Positions 49,789-59,325 of a stretch of DNA of 64,000 bases are shown piece by piece. The DNA is from an archaeon HR01 (GTDB lineage Archaea; Thermoproteota; Nitrososphaeria_A; Caldarchaeales; Caldarchaeaceae): NCBI GenBank assembly GCA_002898355.1, contig BEHD01000007.1, positions 8,793-72,792 of the forward strand, written 5' to 3'. Under the pieces are notes generated by a model that was not told the origin of the DNA, made no database searches, and was given only the letters and a program-made list of their open reading frames with translations. The position numbers and the translations under genes were made by a program. Each line of letters opens with the position of its first letter. Within the stretch, counting starts at the first letter, position 1.

Positions 49789-50131
49789 CCTTTGCTGGTT
49801 TTGGCTCCCCCTCACCTTTAACAGGCTGCACCGTGGCTATTGTCTGATAAATTCTGATTCTGTTACCGCCCACCACCTGCTTTATCAAACCTTTGGAGGC
49901 CAACTCCTTAAGGGTCTGCTTGGCTATTGAGAGTCTGACCCCAAACCTCTCTGCCAGAGAGTAGGGTGTGACGTATTTCACACCTTTCAAGAATGACAGT
50001 ATCTCCTCCCCATCTGGAGGTGAGAGACCTAGCACGCTCTTCTCTGTAGAAACCTCCTTTGACGCCGGTTTTTTCTCCGCCGGCTTCTCTTTAGAAGCTT
50101 TTGTTATCGTGGGATTTTTTGGTTTACCCAA
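49748..50131 (-). CDS. Ribosomal protein S25e (eS25)
   Basis: Lys/Ala-rich N-terminus plus wHTH segment VTPYSLAERFGVRLSIAKQTLKELASKGLI. Confidence 0.7.
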   Translation of the reverse strand: MGKPKNPTITKASKEKPAEKKPASKEVSTEKSVLGLSPPDGEEILSFLKGVKYVTPYSLAERFGVRLSIAKQTLKELASKGLIKQVVGGNRIRIYQTIATVQPVKGEGEPKPAKAKGRKVAAVKDAA

Positions 50132-50146
50132 CCCGGTTCAGACGGT

Positions 50147-51016
50147 GTGGGGCATACCCTTTTAATAAGGTTAGCGCAACCCTTTCAACAGATGGTTAGG
50201 GCCAAGTTTCTGGGCGATATCGCCTTGGTCAAGATTACAGGCGATGTGGAGGGGAAAGAGAAGACAATAGCAGAAAAAATCATGTCCAGAAATCCCCACA
50301 TAAGGTCTGTGATAGGCATTTACGGTGTTTCTGGTAAGCTGAGAACTCCCGTAGCTCGTTTGATAGCTGGAGACTCCAACACGGAGACAATCCACAGGGA
50401 GTATGGATGCCAGTTTAAGCTGGACGCTTTGAAGCTGATGTTTTCCCTCGGCAATAGCTGGGAGCGTGTAAGAATTTCCCGGCTCGTTACTCCAGGTGAA
50501 GCTGTTGTGGATATGTTCGCAGGCATCGGCCAGTTCACCATACCAATCGCTGTAAAGTCCGGCGCAAGTAAAATCTACTCATTCGAGCTTAACCCAGACG
50601 CCTACCAGTATCTATTGGAGAACATTAGGCTGAACCGTGTGGAGGATAGGGTGGCACCTATCATGGACGACTGTAGGAGAGGTGACTCCTACGGGTTGGT
50701 GGGCATAGCTGACAGGGTTTTGATGGGATATCATGGTGGAACATTGGAATACCTGCCATACGCGCTAAAATTTCTTAAACCGTCTGGTGGGTATATCCAC
50801 TTCCATGAGCTGGCGGAGCGTGATGTAGGATGGGAAAAACTCCTAAAATCCTGTATGGAAGTTGCTGGACGCCACGGATTCGGTGTGAAGCTTTACAACT
50901 TTAGAGAGGTAAAAACATATTCGCCGAAGCTATCGCACTGGGTTCTAGACCTAAACATCTTCAGAGAGCTTACGCTTAAGCCATCTAGCAACCTCGCTCA
51001 ACACCCTACTCCTTGA
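50147..51016 (+). CDS. tRNA (m1G37) methyltransferase Trm5 / Taw2-like (Met-10+ family)
   Basis: SAM-binding motif VVDMFAGIGQFTIPIA and a downstream acidic motif characteristic of the Trm5/TYW2 family. Confidence 0.7.
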   Translation: MGHTLLIRLAQPFQQMVRAKFLGDIALVKITGDVEGKEKTIAEKIMSRNPHIRSVIGIYGVSGKLRTPVARLIAGDSNTETIHREYGCQFKLDALKLMFSLGNSWERVRISRLVTPGEAVVDMFAGIGQFTIPIAVKSGASKIYSFELNPDAYQYLLENIRLNRVEDRVAPIMDDCRRGDSYGLVGIADRVLMGYHGGTLEYLPYALKFLKPSGGYIHFHELAERDVGWEKLLKSCMEVAGRHGFGVKLYNFREVKTYSPKLSHWVLDLNIFRELTLKPSSNLAQHPTP

Positions 51017-51271
51017 GACGTTGATAACCATCGCTTCAGGACCCTTCTCGGCGCCCAGCATGGGGGTGTAGCTCGGCATCGGAGCGAAAGAAACGATAAA
51101 CCAGTAGACTCTACCCTCCAACAGCTCCTCCACTATCTTCTCATTATTCAGACTTACGGGAACCGGGAGGAAGACCACGTTTTCAGCCCAGTAGAGGACT
51201 GCAGGCTGGCCCGGAGCTAAAACCATGTTACGAATCAATTCTTCCGCCGTCGGATACTTGATATATTCCAT
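50951..51271 (-). CDS. Hypothetical protein
   Basis: About 107 aa from the internal Met (track ORF 50951..51313); convergent 66-nt overlap with the Trm5-like gene; no motifs. Could be spurious. Confidence 0.2.
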   Translation of the reverse strand: MEYIKYPTAEELIRNMVLAPGQPAVLYWAENVVFLPVPVSLNNEKIVEELLEGRVYWFIVSFAPMPSYTPMLGAEKGPEAMVINVSRSRVLSEVARWLKRKLSEDV

Positions 51272-51316
51272 AATGACAACTTCTTTCACAGGACTATATA
51301 CTATGGATACCATCCT

Positions 51317-53062
51317 TTGATGGTGCTAAAACCCTGTAAAAAAGTTTTTCTAGCAGATGGGGGTAGTGCATACTGCATGTCTATTGGATTCGTAATAGGG
51401 GCGGTTTGGAAAAGATTCTACGGGAAGGGAGTAAGGCAAGAGATTCAGATTCCTCAGAAATCCTTGATAGATTTGTTTGAGGAATCCTGTGCAGAGAACA
51501 GGGATAAGGTTGGGGCAGTGTTTCTAGACGAGTCCTACACCTACTCATCTCTTAAATCTGAGGTGGAAAGGTTTGCAACAGCCCTATTAAATCTCGGCAT
51601 CTCGAAAGGTGATGTGGTGGCGTTGCTTCTCCCTAACTCGGTCCAGTTCATCATATCCTACTATGGAGCTTTGAAGGCCGGCGCCACGGTAGCTCCTATG
51701 AACCCCCTCAACACAGCCCATGAAATACAACTGCAGGCTGAGAAAGCAAAGGCGAAAGCTATAGTGTGTCTAGACATATTCTACGAAAAGGTGGCGCAAG
51801 CTACTCCAACAACATCTATAAAACATATCATAGTAACCAACATAGCTGACTATCTACCAGCTTTTAAGAAAACCTTGGGGAAACTCCTGAAAAAGATTCC
51901 TACGTCTCCGATTCCTAGAAAAAAAGAGGTTTACAAGTTCAGGGAATTAATTCGAAGCGCGAGAGGTGGAGGGAGTTTTCCAAGGCTAGAACCTGAGGAG
52001 GACATCGCTTCCCTTCAATTCACCGGAGGCACCACGGGTATACCGAAATGCGCTATCCTCACCCATCAAAACATAGTCGCCAACATCTTCCAGATTCAAG
52101 AGATGATAAACCCCTACCTCAAGCTGGGGGATGAAGTATTCGCAGCCCTCCTACCCTTCTACCATATCTATGGCCAGACCGTTATACTTGGTGCGGGGCT
52201 TACGACAGGCAACAAGCTAGTCATCTTTCCGAGGCTAGAGCTCGAAAAATTCATCAGGGACCTCAGCCGCTACAGGGTAACCGTATTCCCCGGTGTTCCA
52301 ACACTCTTCAACGCGATGGCCAAATCACCCATAGTCAAAGAATGTGACCTCTCAAACCTGAAGCTAGTCATCTCAGGGGCGGATTTCCTACCCAAAGAGG
52401 TGGCTGCTGAGTTTAAGAAGGTTGTGGGGAAGGAGATAGTCCAAGGCTATGGTTTAACGGAGGCTTCTCCCGTAACCCATCTAAACCCACCCGATAATGT
52501 AAAACCAAACTCTATAGGGATACCTCTGCCATCGACTCTGGCAGGGATAGTAAACCCCGAGAATCTCGAGTTTCTATCGCCAGGCAATGTGGGTGAGCTG
52601 GTAGTTTCGGGGCCTCAGGTTATGAGAGGGTATCTGGGCGACAGCGATAAGGTCTTCTTCGAGGCCTATGGTAGAAGATGGTTGAGGACCGGAGATATCT
52701 GTGTAATGGATGAGGAAGGCTATTTCTACTTTGTGGAGAGGGCGAAGGACATAATCAAGCATAAAGGGTTTACAATATATCCGGCCGAGATTGAGAATGT
52801 TCTCCTCGAAAGCGGTGAAGTCAAGGAGGCCGCCGTAATAGGAGTCCCGGATAAACACGTGGGTGAAAAAGTGGTGGCCGTTGTTGTTCCAAGGTCCGAA
52901 TCTGACAAGCAAATTCTGGTCGAAAAATTATCAAAGTACTGCGGGGAGAGGTTGGCTGAATACAAGAGACCACATGAGATAATTGTTACTAGCGAGCTAC
53001 CCAAATCAGCCGTTGGCAAGGTATTGCGGAGGAAGATAAGGGAGGGGCTTCTCCACGGTTGA
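51317..53062 (+). CDS. Acyl-CoA synthetase (AMP-forming, long/medium-chain fatty acid-CoA ligase)
   Basis: AMP-binding motifs (LQFTGGTTGIPKCA; YGLTE; GWLRTGDI). Confidence 0.85.
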   Translation: MMVLKPCKKVFLADGGSAYCMSIGFVIGAVWKRFYGKGVRQEIQIPQKSLIDLFEESCAENRDKVGAVFLDESYTYSSLKSEVERFATALLNLGISKGDVVALLLPNSVQFIISYYGALKAGATVAPMNPLNTAHEIQLQAEKAKAKAIVCLDIFYEKVAQATPTTSIKHIIVTNIADYLPAFKKTLGKLLKKIPTSPIPRKKEVYKFRELIRSARGGGSFPRLEPEEDIASLQFTGGTTGIPKCAILTHQNIVANIFQIQEMINPYLKLGDEVFAALLPFYHIYGQTVILGAGLTTGNKLVIFPRLELEKFIRDLSRYRVTVFPGVPTLFNAMAKSPIVKECDLSNLKLVISGADFLPKEVAAEFKKVVGKEIVQGYGLTEASPVTHLNPPDNVKPNSIGIPLPSTLAGIVNPENLEFLSPGNVGELVVSGPQVMRGYLGDSDKVFFEAYGRRWLRTGDICVMDEEGYFYFVERAKDIIKHKGFTIYPAEIENVLLESGEVKEAAVIGVPDKHVGEKVVAVVVPRSESDKQILVEKLSKYCGERLAEYKRPHEIIVTSELPKSAVGKVLRRKIREGLLHG

Positions 53063-53094
53063 TGGAGCCCATTCGTCAAACTCATAGTTAAATT

Positions 53095-54258
53095 GTGATG
53101 CAAGATATTGATATAGATGATTTGGCCTACGTACATATTAGTAAGGGATTAGATGACGTCGTGGTTAAAGAGACTGTCTTATCGTATATCGACGGAGAAA
53201 ATGGTAGACTTTTCTATGTGGGCTACCCGATCGAGGAGCTTGTTGAGCACTCTACCTATGAGGAGGTCTGCTTTCTACTGCTCCACGGTAGGCTTCCCAA
53301 AAAGGATGAGCTGGAATCATTCACAGACCTTATGAAATCCGAGAGGGAGCTGCCAAAAGAGCTGGTCGCCATACTTTCCAAGATACCTAGAAATTCAAAT
53401 CTGATGGATGTCTTGAAGTTTGGCATAGACTACCTTGCAATATGTGATGAGGAACTACAATCTAAAGGTAGGGTTGATAACATCGTTACAGCGGCTAAAA
53501 TAATTTCTAAATCTTCAACGATAGTCGCCTATGCCTTCAGATACAGTGAGGGGTTGGAGATTGTTAGGCCATCCCAAGAGCTGAGTCATGCCGCCAATTT
53601 TCTCTACATGGTTACCGGCGTAAAACCCGACAGCTTATCCTCCAAAATAATGGATGTGGCGTTCATTCTTCACGCAGAGCATGAGCTACCGGCATCCTCA
53701 ATGGCAGCCCTAGTAATAGCCTCAACATTGTCGGACCTATACTCGGCAATTTCCGGCGGGGTCGGTGCCCTGAAAGGCCCTCTCCACGGAGGGGCAAATG
53801 AAAAAGCTCTGGAGATGATACTTTCTATAGGGAGCCCGGAGAACGTTGAAGGATATGTTAAGCAGGTCTTGGCGTCCAAGGGTAGGATTATGGGGTTCGG
53901 CCACAGAGTTTACAAATCATATGACCCTAGAGCAGCCATTTTTAGGAGGTATCTGGAGAGCCTCTCCCAACAGAGGGGAGATAGAAGTTTCCTGGATATA
54001 ACAAAAAAACTTGAGGAAGTGGTGAGAAGAGAGCTGGCGGGGAAGCCGATATTTCCCAACATAGATCTCTATTCCGGGGCGGTCTTCCATATGTTGGGCT
54101 TATCTAAAAGAGTCTTTACACCTCTATTTGCTGCGGCCAGGACCGTGGGCTGGGCTGCGCATGTGCTGGAGTATTGGAGGGATAACAGGCTTATAAGGCC
54201 TAGGGCTACTTATGTGGGCCCGCCGATGCGAAGATATATACCGGTTCACCAGAGATAG
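53095..54258 (+). CDS. Citrate synthase (or 2-methylcitrate synthase)
   Basis: Citrate synthase active-site region (GFGHRVYKSYDPRA) and 387 aa archaeal-type length. Confidence 0.9.
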   Translation: MMQDIDIDDLAYVHISKGLDDVVVKETVLSYIDGENGRLFYVGYPIEELVEHSTYEEVCFLLLHGRLPKKDELESFTDLMKSERELPKELVAILSKIPRNSNLMDVLKFGIDYLAICDEELQSKGRVDNIVTAAKIISKSSTIVAYAFRYSEGLEIVRPSQELSHAANFLYMVTGVKPDSLSSKIMDVAFILHAEHELPASSMAALVIASTLSDLYSAISGGVGALKGPLHGGANEKALEMILSIGSPENVEGYVKQVLASKGRIMGFGHRVYKSYDPRAAIFRRYLESLSQQRGDRSFLDITKKLEEVVRRELAGKPIFPNIDLYSGAVFHMLGLSKRVFTPLFAAARTVGWAAHVLEYWRDNRLIRPRATYVGPPMRRYIPVHQR

Positions 54259-54278
54259 ATACGCCGTAAGTATGGGAG

Positions 54279-55052
54279 ATGAACCCTGAGATAGATATTA
54301 TAGTAAAGCCATCCCTGCGAACAAGTAGTGAGAAAATAATCGGCATGCTAGATAGGTCCTGCGAGGCGGTCTTTCTCCCGCTTCCTAAATCTCTTGACGA
54401 GCTGGTGGTGGAGCTGGTTCTTGGACTCGGTTATGAAGACTTCGTGAAAGAGGTGCGCCAGCGTGGAATACTTCCAGAACCTGTTGAGGGATGGTTGAAA
54501 GCAAACAAACCCATCCTCGAAAACATAAAGAGGATAGGAAAGAAGATGGTGACATACTGCTACAAAGATAGTAAAATATTCTATGAGGAGTGCAACACTA
54601 GCCTTGAGCTGTCCCTGCTATCCCTAAGGGACAGCCTCCGGAACAAGCCTGATGTGGGGAAATGGTTAGAGATATTATCGAATGAGAGGAGACTAAAACA
54701 GGAGGCTCTTCAGAGGGATGCAGAAATACTGAGTGACGAGGCCTGCGTCTACTCTAGAAGTACCTGCATAGCAGGATTTGAGGGTCGCCACATCATGAAG
54801 ATGCTGCCCCCAAAGTTCAAGACAAACCTGCGATATGTCGATCTACCTTACCATTTCACACCGCTAGATATTCTGAGGAGGGAGATATCGAGGGGCGATA
54901 TATCAGAAGAACGGGCCGAGGAGCTCATAAGGGCACACTTGAGATACCTCCGTGAATATGTAATCCCGTACGGCCTGGACACAGCACAAGAGCTCTGGAA
55001 TCGGGAGAACCTTTACTGGCATCCGGCGTTTTCAAGGGATAGATACACGTGA
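54279..55052 (+). CDS. Hypothetical protein
   Basis: 257 aa, no recognisable motif; 4-nt overlap with the downstream sfsA-like gene. Confidence 0.35.
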   Translation: MNPEIDIIVKPSLRTSSEKIIGMLDRSCEAVFLPLPKSLDELVVELVLGLGYEDFVKEVRQRGILPEPVEGWLKANKPILENIKRIGKKMVTYCYKDSKIFYEECNTSLELSLLSLRDSLRNKPDVGKWLEILSNERRLKQEALQRDAEILSDEACVYSRSTCIAGFEGRHIMKMLPPKFKTNLRYVDLPYHFTPLDILRREISRGDISEERAEELIRAHLRYLREYVIPYGLDTAQELWNRENLYWHPAFSRDRYT

Positions 55053-55747
55053 AGACTAGGCTTATCGAGCTGGACCTTGAGACCGCCACCGTTGTAAAAA
55101 GGGTCTCTCGTGTTTCGGTCCTATGTGAAAAAGGAGGTGTCGAAGCTCTTTTTCATATGACAAATACAGGAAGACTCTTAGAGCTGATATATCCTGGTGC
55201 GACTGTTTACGTGTATAAGAGAAAGGGTGTTAAAACGGATGGTGTGGTAGTAGGGGTTGATACCCGTGACGGCCCTGCTCTGATCGATACTAGAACCCAA
55301 TCCAGATGCTTTGAACTGGCATGTGAGAGGGGGCTGGTGCCGTGGCTTCAGCCCTACAAGATTGTTGGAAGAGAGGTAAAAATTGGCGGCTCAAGGATAG
55401 ACTATCTGATAGAGGCCGGCTCGGATGCTAAAGGATTGATGGAGCTAAAATCTGCTGTATATCTAGATAGCGATGGAGCCGCCATGTACCCAGATACAGT
55501 AAGTCTGAGGGGGCGTGACCACATCATGCTGCTAACAGGGCTGCCGAGGAAGTTGAGGCGGATAATCACATTTATCGCTGCGCATCCAGCCGCAAAATAT
55601 TTCAGACCATGCGACGAGGCGGACCCCATGATATCTAGATTGTTGAAGGCTGCTGTAGAGGGTGGAGTAGAGCTAAGATCCGTCAAAATATGCTTGAGAG
55701 ATGGGGCTGTGTATCTCGAGGACTGGGACCTGCCTATCCGCCTATAA
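55049..55747 (+). CDS. sfsA: SfsA-family nuclease (sugar fermentation stimulation protein homologue)
   Basis: SfsA-like N-terminal OB segment plus GGSRIDYLIE (SfsA 'SRIDF' catalytic-region motif). Confidence 0.7.
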   Translation: MKTRLIELDLETATVVKRVSRVSVLCEKGGVEALFHMTNTGRLLELIYPGATVYVYKRKGVKTDGVVVGVDTRDGPALIDTRTQSRCFELACERGLVPWLQPYKIVGREVKIGGSRIDYLIEAGSDAKGLMELKSAVYLDSDGAAMYPDTVSLRGRDHIMLLTGLPRKLRRIITFIAAHPAAKYFRPCDEADPMISRLLKAAVEGGVELRSVKICLRDGAVYLEDWDLPIRL

Positions 55748-56630
55748 ACAGATGTAATGTTATTCCTACGAATATAAGGGCCAGCCACGGGCTTGAGATC
55801 TTAAAGCAACGCCATGCATTTTCAGGTGTTACATTTTTAACCAAGACAATGCTATCCCAAATAAGCAGTGCCGATATCGGAACGGCCAGTAGCAGGTAAT
55901 AGGATGGCTGTGGGATATAAGGTATCAGAGCAGCAGCCCCTATCACAGATAATATGTTAGATATCGCTGTCGCCAGTGCCGCTCGCCTAGTGCCTACAAC
56001 TGCGGGGAGCATGGGAAGCCCTGCTGCGCGGTAGTCGTTTACAGCTCTCATAGCAAGGGCCCAGAAATGTCCAGGAGTCCATAGGAAGACCAGGATGGCT
56101 AGGATAATTGCTGGTGGAGATACCCACCCCGTCGCCGCCGACCAGCCGGCTAATGGTGCGAAGCTACCCGATATACCTCCGATCACTATATTCCAAACTG
56201 TTCTTCTCTTGAGAAACGCCGTGTAGAATATGTAAAAGGCAGCACCCCCTACGATGAAAATGGCTGTCACCATGTTCAAGTAAATAGCTGATATGATGGA
56301 TGCGGTTAGTATCATGGCTGAGCCCATATACACTGCTATCTGCGGCGGCTTTATCCTTCCCGACGGTAATGGCCTCTTAGCTGTCCGACACATTCTAGAG
56401 TCTAGGTCCCTATCTAGATAGTGGTTTAAGGCGCTGGCACCGCCCGCAGCTAAGAAACCGGAAAAAGATAGGATAGATGCCGTGAAACCGTTCCCTCCAG
56501 CGAAGAAATGGGCCGTGACAGCCGTTAAGATATTCAATAAGGTGATTTTCGGCTTGATGAGTTCTATGTAGTCCTTCAGCAATTTACCGACCGTTATCCG
56601 CTTTTCCTGGGATTTATTTAAGTCTAACAC
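55734..56630 (-). CDS. UbiA-family prenyltransferase, most likely protoheme IX farnesyltransferase (heme O synthase)
   Basis: LIKPKITLLN N-terminal motif, 8-9 TM helices, 298 aa. Archaeal DGGGP synthase is an alternative. Confidence 0.6.
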   Translation of the reverse strand: MLDLNKSQEKRITVGKLLKDYIELIKPKITLLNILTAVTAHFFAGGNGFTASILSFSGFLAAGGASALNHYLDRDLDSRMCRTAKRPLPSGRIKPPQIAVYMGSAMILTASIISAIYLNMVTAIFIVGGAAFYIFYTAFLKRRTVWNIVIGGISGSFAPLAGWSAATGWVSPPAIILAILVFLWTPGHFWALAMRAVNDYRAAGLPMLPAVVGTRRAALATAISNILSVIGAAALIPYIPQPSYYLLLAVPISALLIWDSIVLVKNVTPENAWRCFKISSPWLALIFVGITLHLFIGG

Positions 56631-57499
56631 TAGAACAAGTTCTGGTTCAGCATGAGGCTAAGGTATGAAACCAGTATTGCAGGTATTAGTGCTTTGGGCC
56701 AGCTGATACCCTTGGATGAGACGAGTACCGATGCGAGGGAGCCCAGCTGCCATATATGGGCCACAATATAAAATGCGGAGGCTACGCTGGCTATAACCTG
56801 GTTTTCAAGGAACCCTATGGAAGATGCTAGGACAAGGAATCCGAGGAATATGTTTGAAGGTGTGAGAGATAGAGGTACAGACGCGGCCAGTTCAGCTTCA
56901 CCACCTTTACGTCTAGTGATGGCTAGCCCTGCTATGGTGAAGACGCCGATGAGGGCTAGGATATTCAGGGCTGCCACTAGTGCAGCTAGCTCTGGGACAG
57001 GAAAGAGCCTAAAATGGAGTAGAACCTGTGCGTTGGAGACACGCCAAGACAATATGACATATACCAAACCTGAGAGGAACGCAACAGGAACCATCATGGA
57101 CGGGGTCTCAAGAACTTTTCCAAGTAGAGGATTGAGTGAGAGAGAGGTTAGAAAACGGCTTATGAGCGGTGCATCATCAGACACACTGGCCTCGGCAAGG
57201 ACGTCAGACATCCTCATAGATTCAACAAGTCTCCAACCCTTCTCACTGAGGGCGTACTTCCGCCTAGAGTTTTTTACTATGAAAGGCTCCATAAACTCGA
57301 GATGATAGTAGAGGGTTCCCACACTTATACCCAGGATTCTTTTGAGGTCTGTGGCAGCCATCTCGCCGTTGGCCCTTAAAAGGTTTATAATCTCCCGCCT
57401 TATCGGATTTCTAAGAAGACTATAAAAAAGTAGCTTCTCATCCTTAACCTCTAATGTTGTAGACTGATCTGACCCACCCAAATCTTTCCTAGCCCACAT
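56630..57499 (-). CDS. Membrane protein with N-terminal ArsR-like wHTH domain
   Basis: IRREIINLLRANGEMAATDLKRILGISVGTLYYHL followed by about 5 hydrophobic helices; shares 1 nt with the downstream prenyltransferase gene. Confidence 0.4.
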   Translation of the reverse strand: MWARKDLGGSDQSTTLEVKDEKLLFYSLLRNPIRREIINLLRANGEMAATDLKRILGISVGTLYYHLEFMEPFIVKNSRRKYALSEKGWRLVESMRMSDVLAEASVSDDAPLISRFLTSLSLNPLLGKVLETPSMMVPVAFLSGLVYVILSWRVSNAQVLLHFRLFPVPELAALVAALNILALIGVFTIAGLAITRRKGGEAELAASVPLSLTPSNIFLGFLVLASSIGFLENQVIASVASAFYIVAHIWQLGSLASVLVSSKGISWPKALIPAILVSYLSLMLNQNLF

Positions 57500-57599
57500 A
57501 TTATGTCTCGATATTCGAATACCATACGTATAAACTGTTCCCTTCTATTCTAACCGAATAGGGATCAGTTATATAGGTCATACCACAGTTGTAGGGCAG

Positions 57600-58937
57600 A
57601 TGTCAAAAGCAGCTTCGAAGATTGCCGTAATCCCCCTTATTATATCACTTATACCCCTCATAATCCCTTCTTCTCATTCCTTTCAGAACGCTACTCCGGT
57701 TGTGGATGATGCCGCCAGAAGCCTTGACAGGATTCTATCTATCCTCGAACAGCTAAGGGGTAAGGGTCTAAACGTGGAGGAGCTGAGAGGGATACTCCAA
57801 GGTTTGAGGGATAAGCTCTCATCGGAAATAGCTAGTCAAGAGAAGGTTGAGATAGCAACATTGATAATTCAAATGAGAGATAGATTGGAGAGAGTTCTGT
57901 CGAAGATTCTCTTAAACACCGATAGACAAGGGTTAGTGGGACAGGTGTTAGAAATCACAACGGATATAGTGAAATTACAGCTGTCGGGGACATTGACTGG
58001 GATAGCCAATTCTCTCATCGAATCTGGCGGAGGGCTTGTAGAGGATGCGTTAAGCCAAGGTCTCGAAGAGAAGGAGGCCTTAAAACTTCTATCGAGGAGT
58101 AGAACCCTAGTGACTGCGGCCCAGCAGATAGTCGGAAACGGGAAGGTCAACTTGAAAATATCGAAGGGAGGCGACCCCGATACGGAGATAAACATAGCCC
58201 ACATCCAAACATCCTCACAGGATATCAAGGTCTACCAATCAGAAGAAAAAATCACATACGATAACAACACTGTCGTCTCCATAAGAAGAACCATTATAAG
58301 CGTGGAAAATACAACAATTATAGAGCGGGAAACCTATCGGATTTCGGACGGTTCTGGAGGGGTCGAGTCAAGAACAGTCGGGGTGGGTGAGGGCCTGGCC
58401 ATTGGGGCCGTATTGGCTCTGAAGGCAACCGGCCCTAGGATTGATGTGGAGAGGACTGAGTTCGACATAACCCTTAACAGCTACAACATAGAAGGGAATC
58501 TCATCAGGCTGATTCTCTCAGCGCCAGATGGGACATTAGGCAGGCTGATCGTAGTCGATATCAGCAGAGAGGTGTCTAGAGGGTTATCGATGAGAGAGAT
58601 TGCCGTTAGGATTGATGGGAAGCAGGTTCCTGTCGCAGACAACGTAGTCGAATTACTCAGAGGAAACGCCTCCCAGCCCAAATATTTCATAGCATTAACG
58701 GGGAACGGCGTCCAGCTTGTAATATACGTCCCCAAATGGAGTACCCGGGTTATAACAATAGGGCCGGCGGCCGTCCAAGTTTTCTACTTCCCCGTGTCGG
58801 AGCTTGCGGGTAATAACCTGCAGTGGATGGCGACATTATCAGCAACATTGGTCTTCGTCCTCATAGCCGTCGCATCATACCTGAAATATTGGAGGCCCAG
58901 AGAGGCCGGCCACCCCTATACTTCAAATAGCCTCTGA
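57600..58937 (+). CDS. Secreted/surface protein with N-terminal signal peptide and C-terminal TM anchor
   Basis: n-region MSKAASK, h-region IAVIPLIISLIPLII, C-terminal helix LSATLVFVLIAVASYL followed by a basic tail. Confidence 0.4.
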   Translation: MSKAASKIAVIPLIISLIPLIIPSSHSFQNATPVVDDAARSLDRILSILEQLRGKGLNVEELRGILQGLRDKLSSEIASQEKVEIATLIIQMRDRLERVLSKILLNTDRQGLVGQVLEITTDIVKLQLSGTLTGIANSLIESGGGLVEDALSQGLEEKEALKLLSRSRTLVTAAQQIVGNGKVNLKISKGGDPDTEINIAHIQTSSQDIKVYQSEEKITYDNNTVVSIRRTIISVENTTIIERETYRISDGSGGVESRTVGVGEGLAIGAVLALKATGPRIDVERTEFDITLNSYNIEGNLIRLILSAPDGTLGRLIVVDISREVSRGLSMREIAVRIDGKQVPVADNVVELLRGNASQPKYFIALTGNGVQLVIYVPKWSTRVITIGPAAVQVFYFPVSELAGNNLQWMATLSATLVFVLIAVASYLKYWRPREAGHPYTSNSL

Positions 58938-59325
58938 GGAGCAGCCGGGTATATTTCTCGAGTTCAAGCCTTAACGCATCCCTTGGCCTGCACCATACAA
59001 AGTCCACAATCTCCTTGTTATCGACCTTGACTATCTTACTCGAGCTTCGGCATAGAACATCGAAGAAGATGAAATGTCGGCCCGGCTCGAAAAAATTCTC
59101 CGGGTTATAAACTTCTTGAACCATTATAACCCTGACCGGCCTAACCCTCAGACCGACCTCTTCATAGGCCTCCCTCGCAGCAGCCTCTAACACGGATTCA
59201 CCCAGTTCAACATGACCTCCAGGGATCGAGTACTTCCCAAACCATTTGGGACTCTTTACCAGCAATATTTCGCCGTCATCAGCCCTTATAAAAGAGCCCA
59301 CCGTGATCTCGGGGGTTCGACTCAT
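58861..59325 (-). CDS. Nudix hydrolase
   Basis: Nudix box GGHVELGESVLEAAAREAYEEVG. Confidence 0.85.
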   Translation of the reverse strand: MSRTPEITVGSFIRADDGEILLVKSPKWFGKYSIPGGHVELGESVLEAAAREAYEEVGLRVRPVRVIMVQEVYNPENFFEPGRHFIFFDVLCRSSSKIVKVDNKEIVDFVWCRPRDALRLELEKYTRLLLRGYLKYRGGRPLWASNISGMMRRL

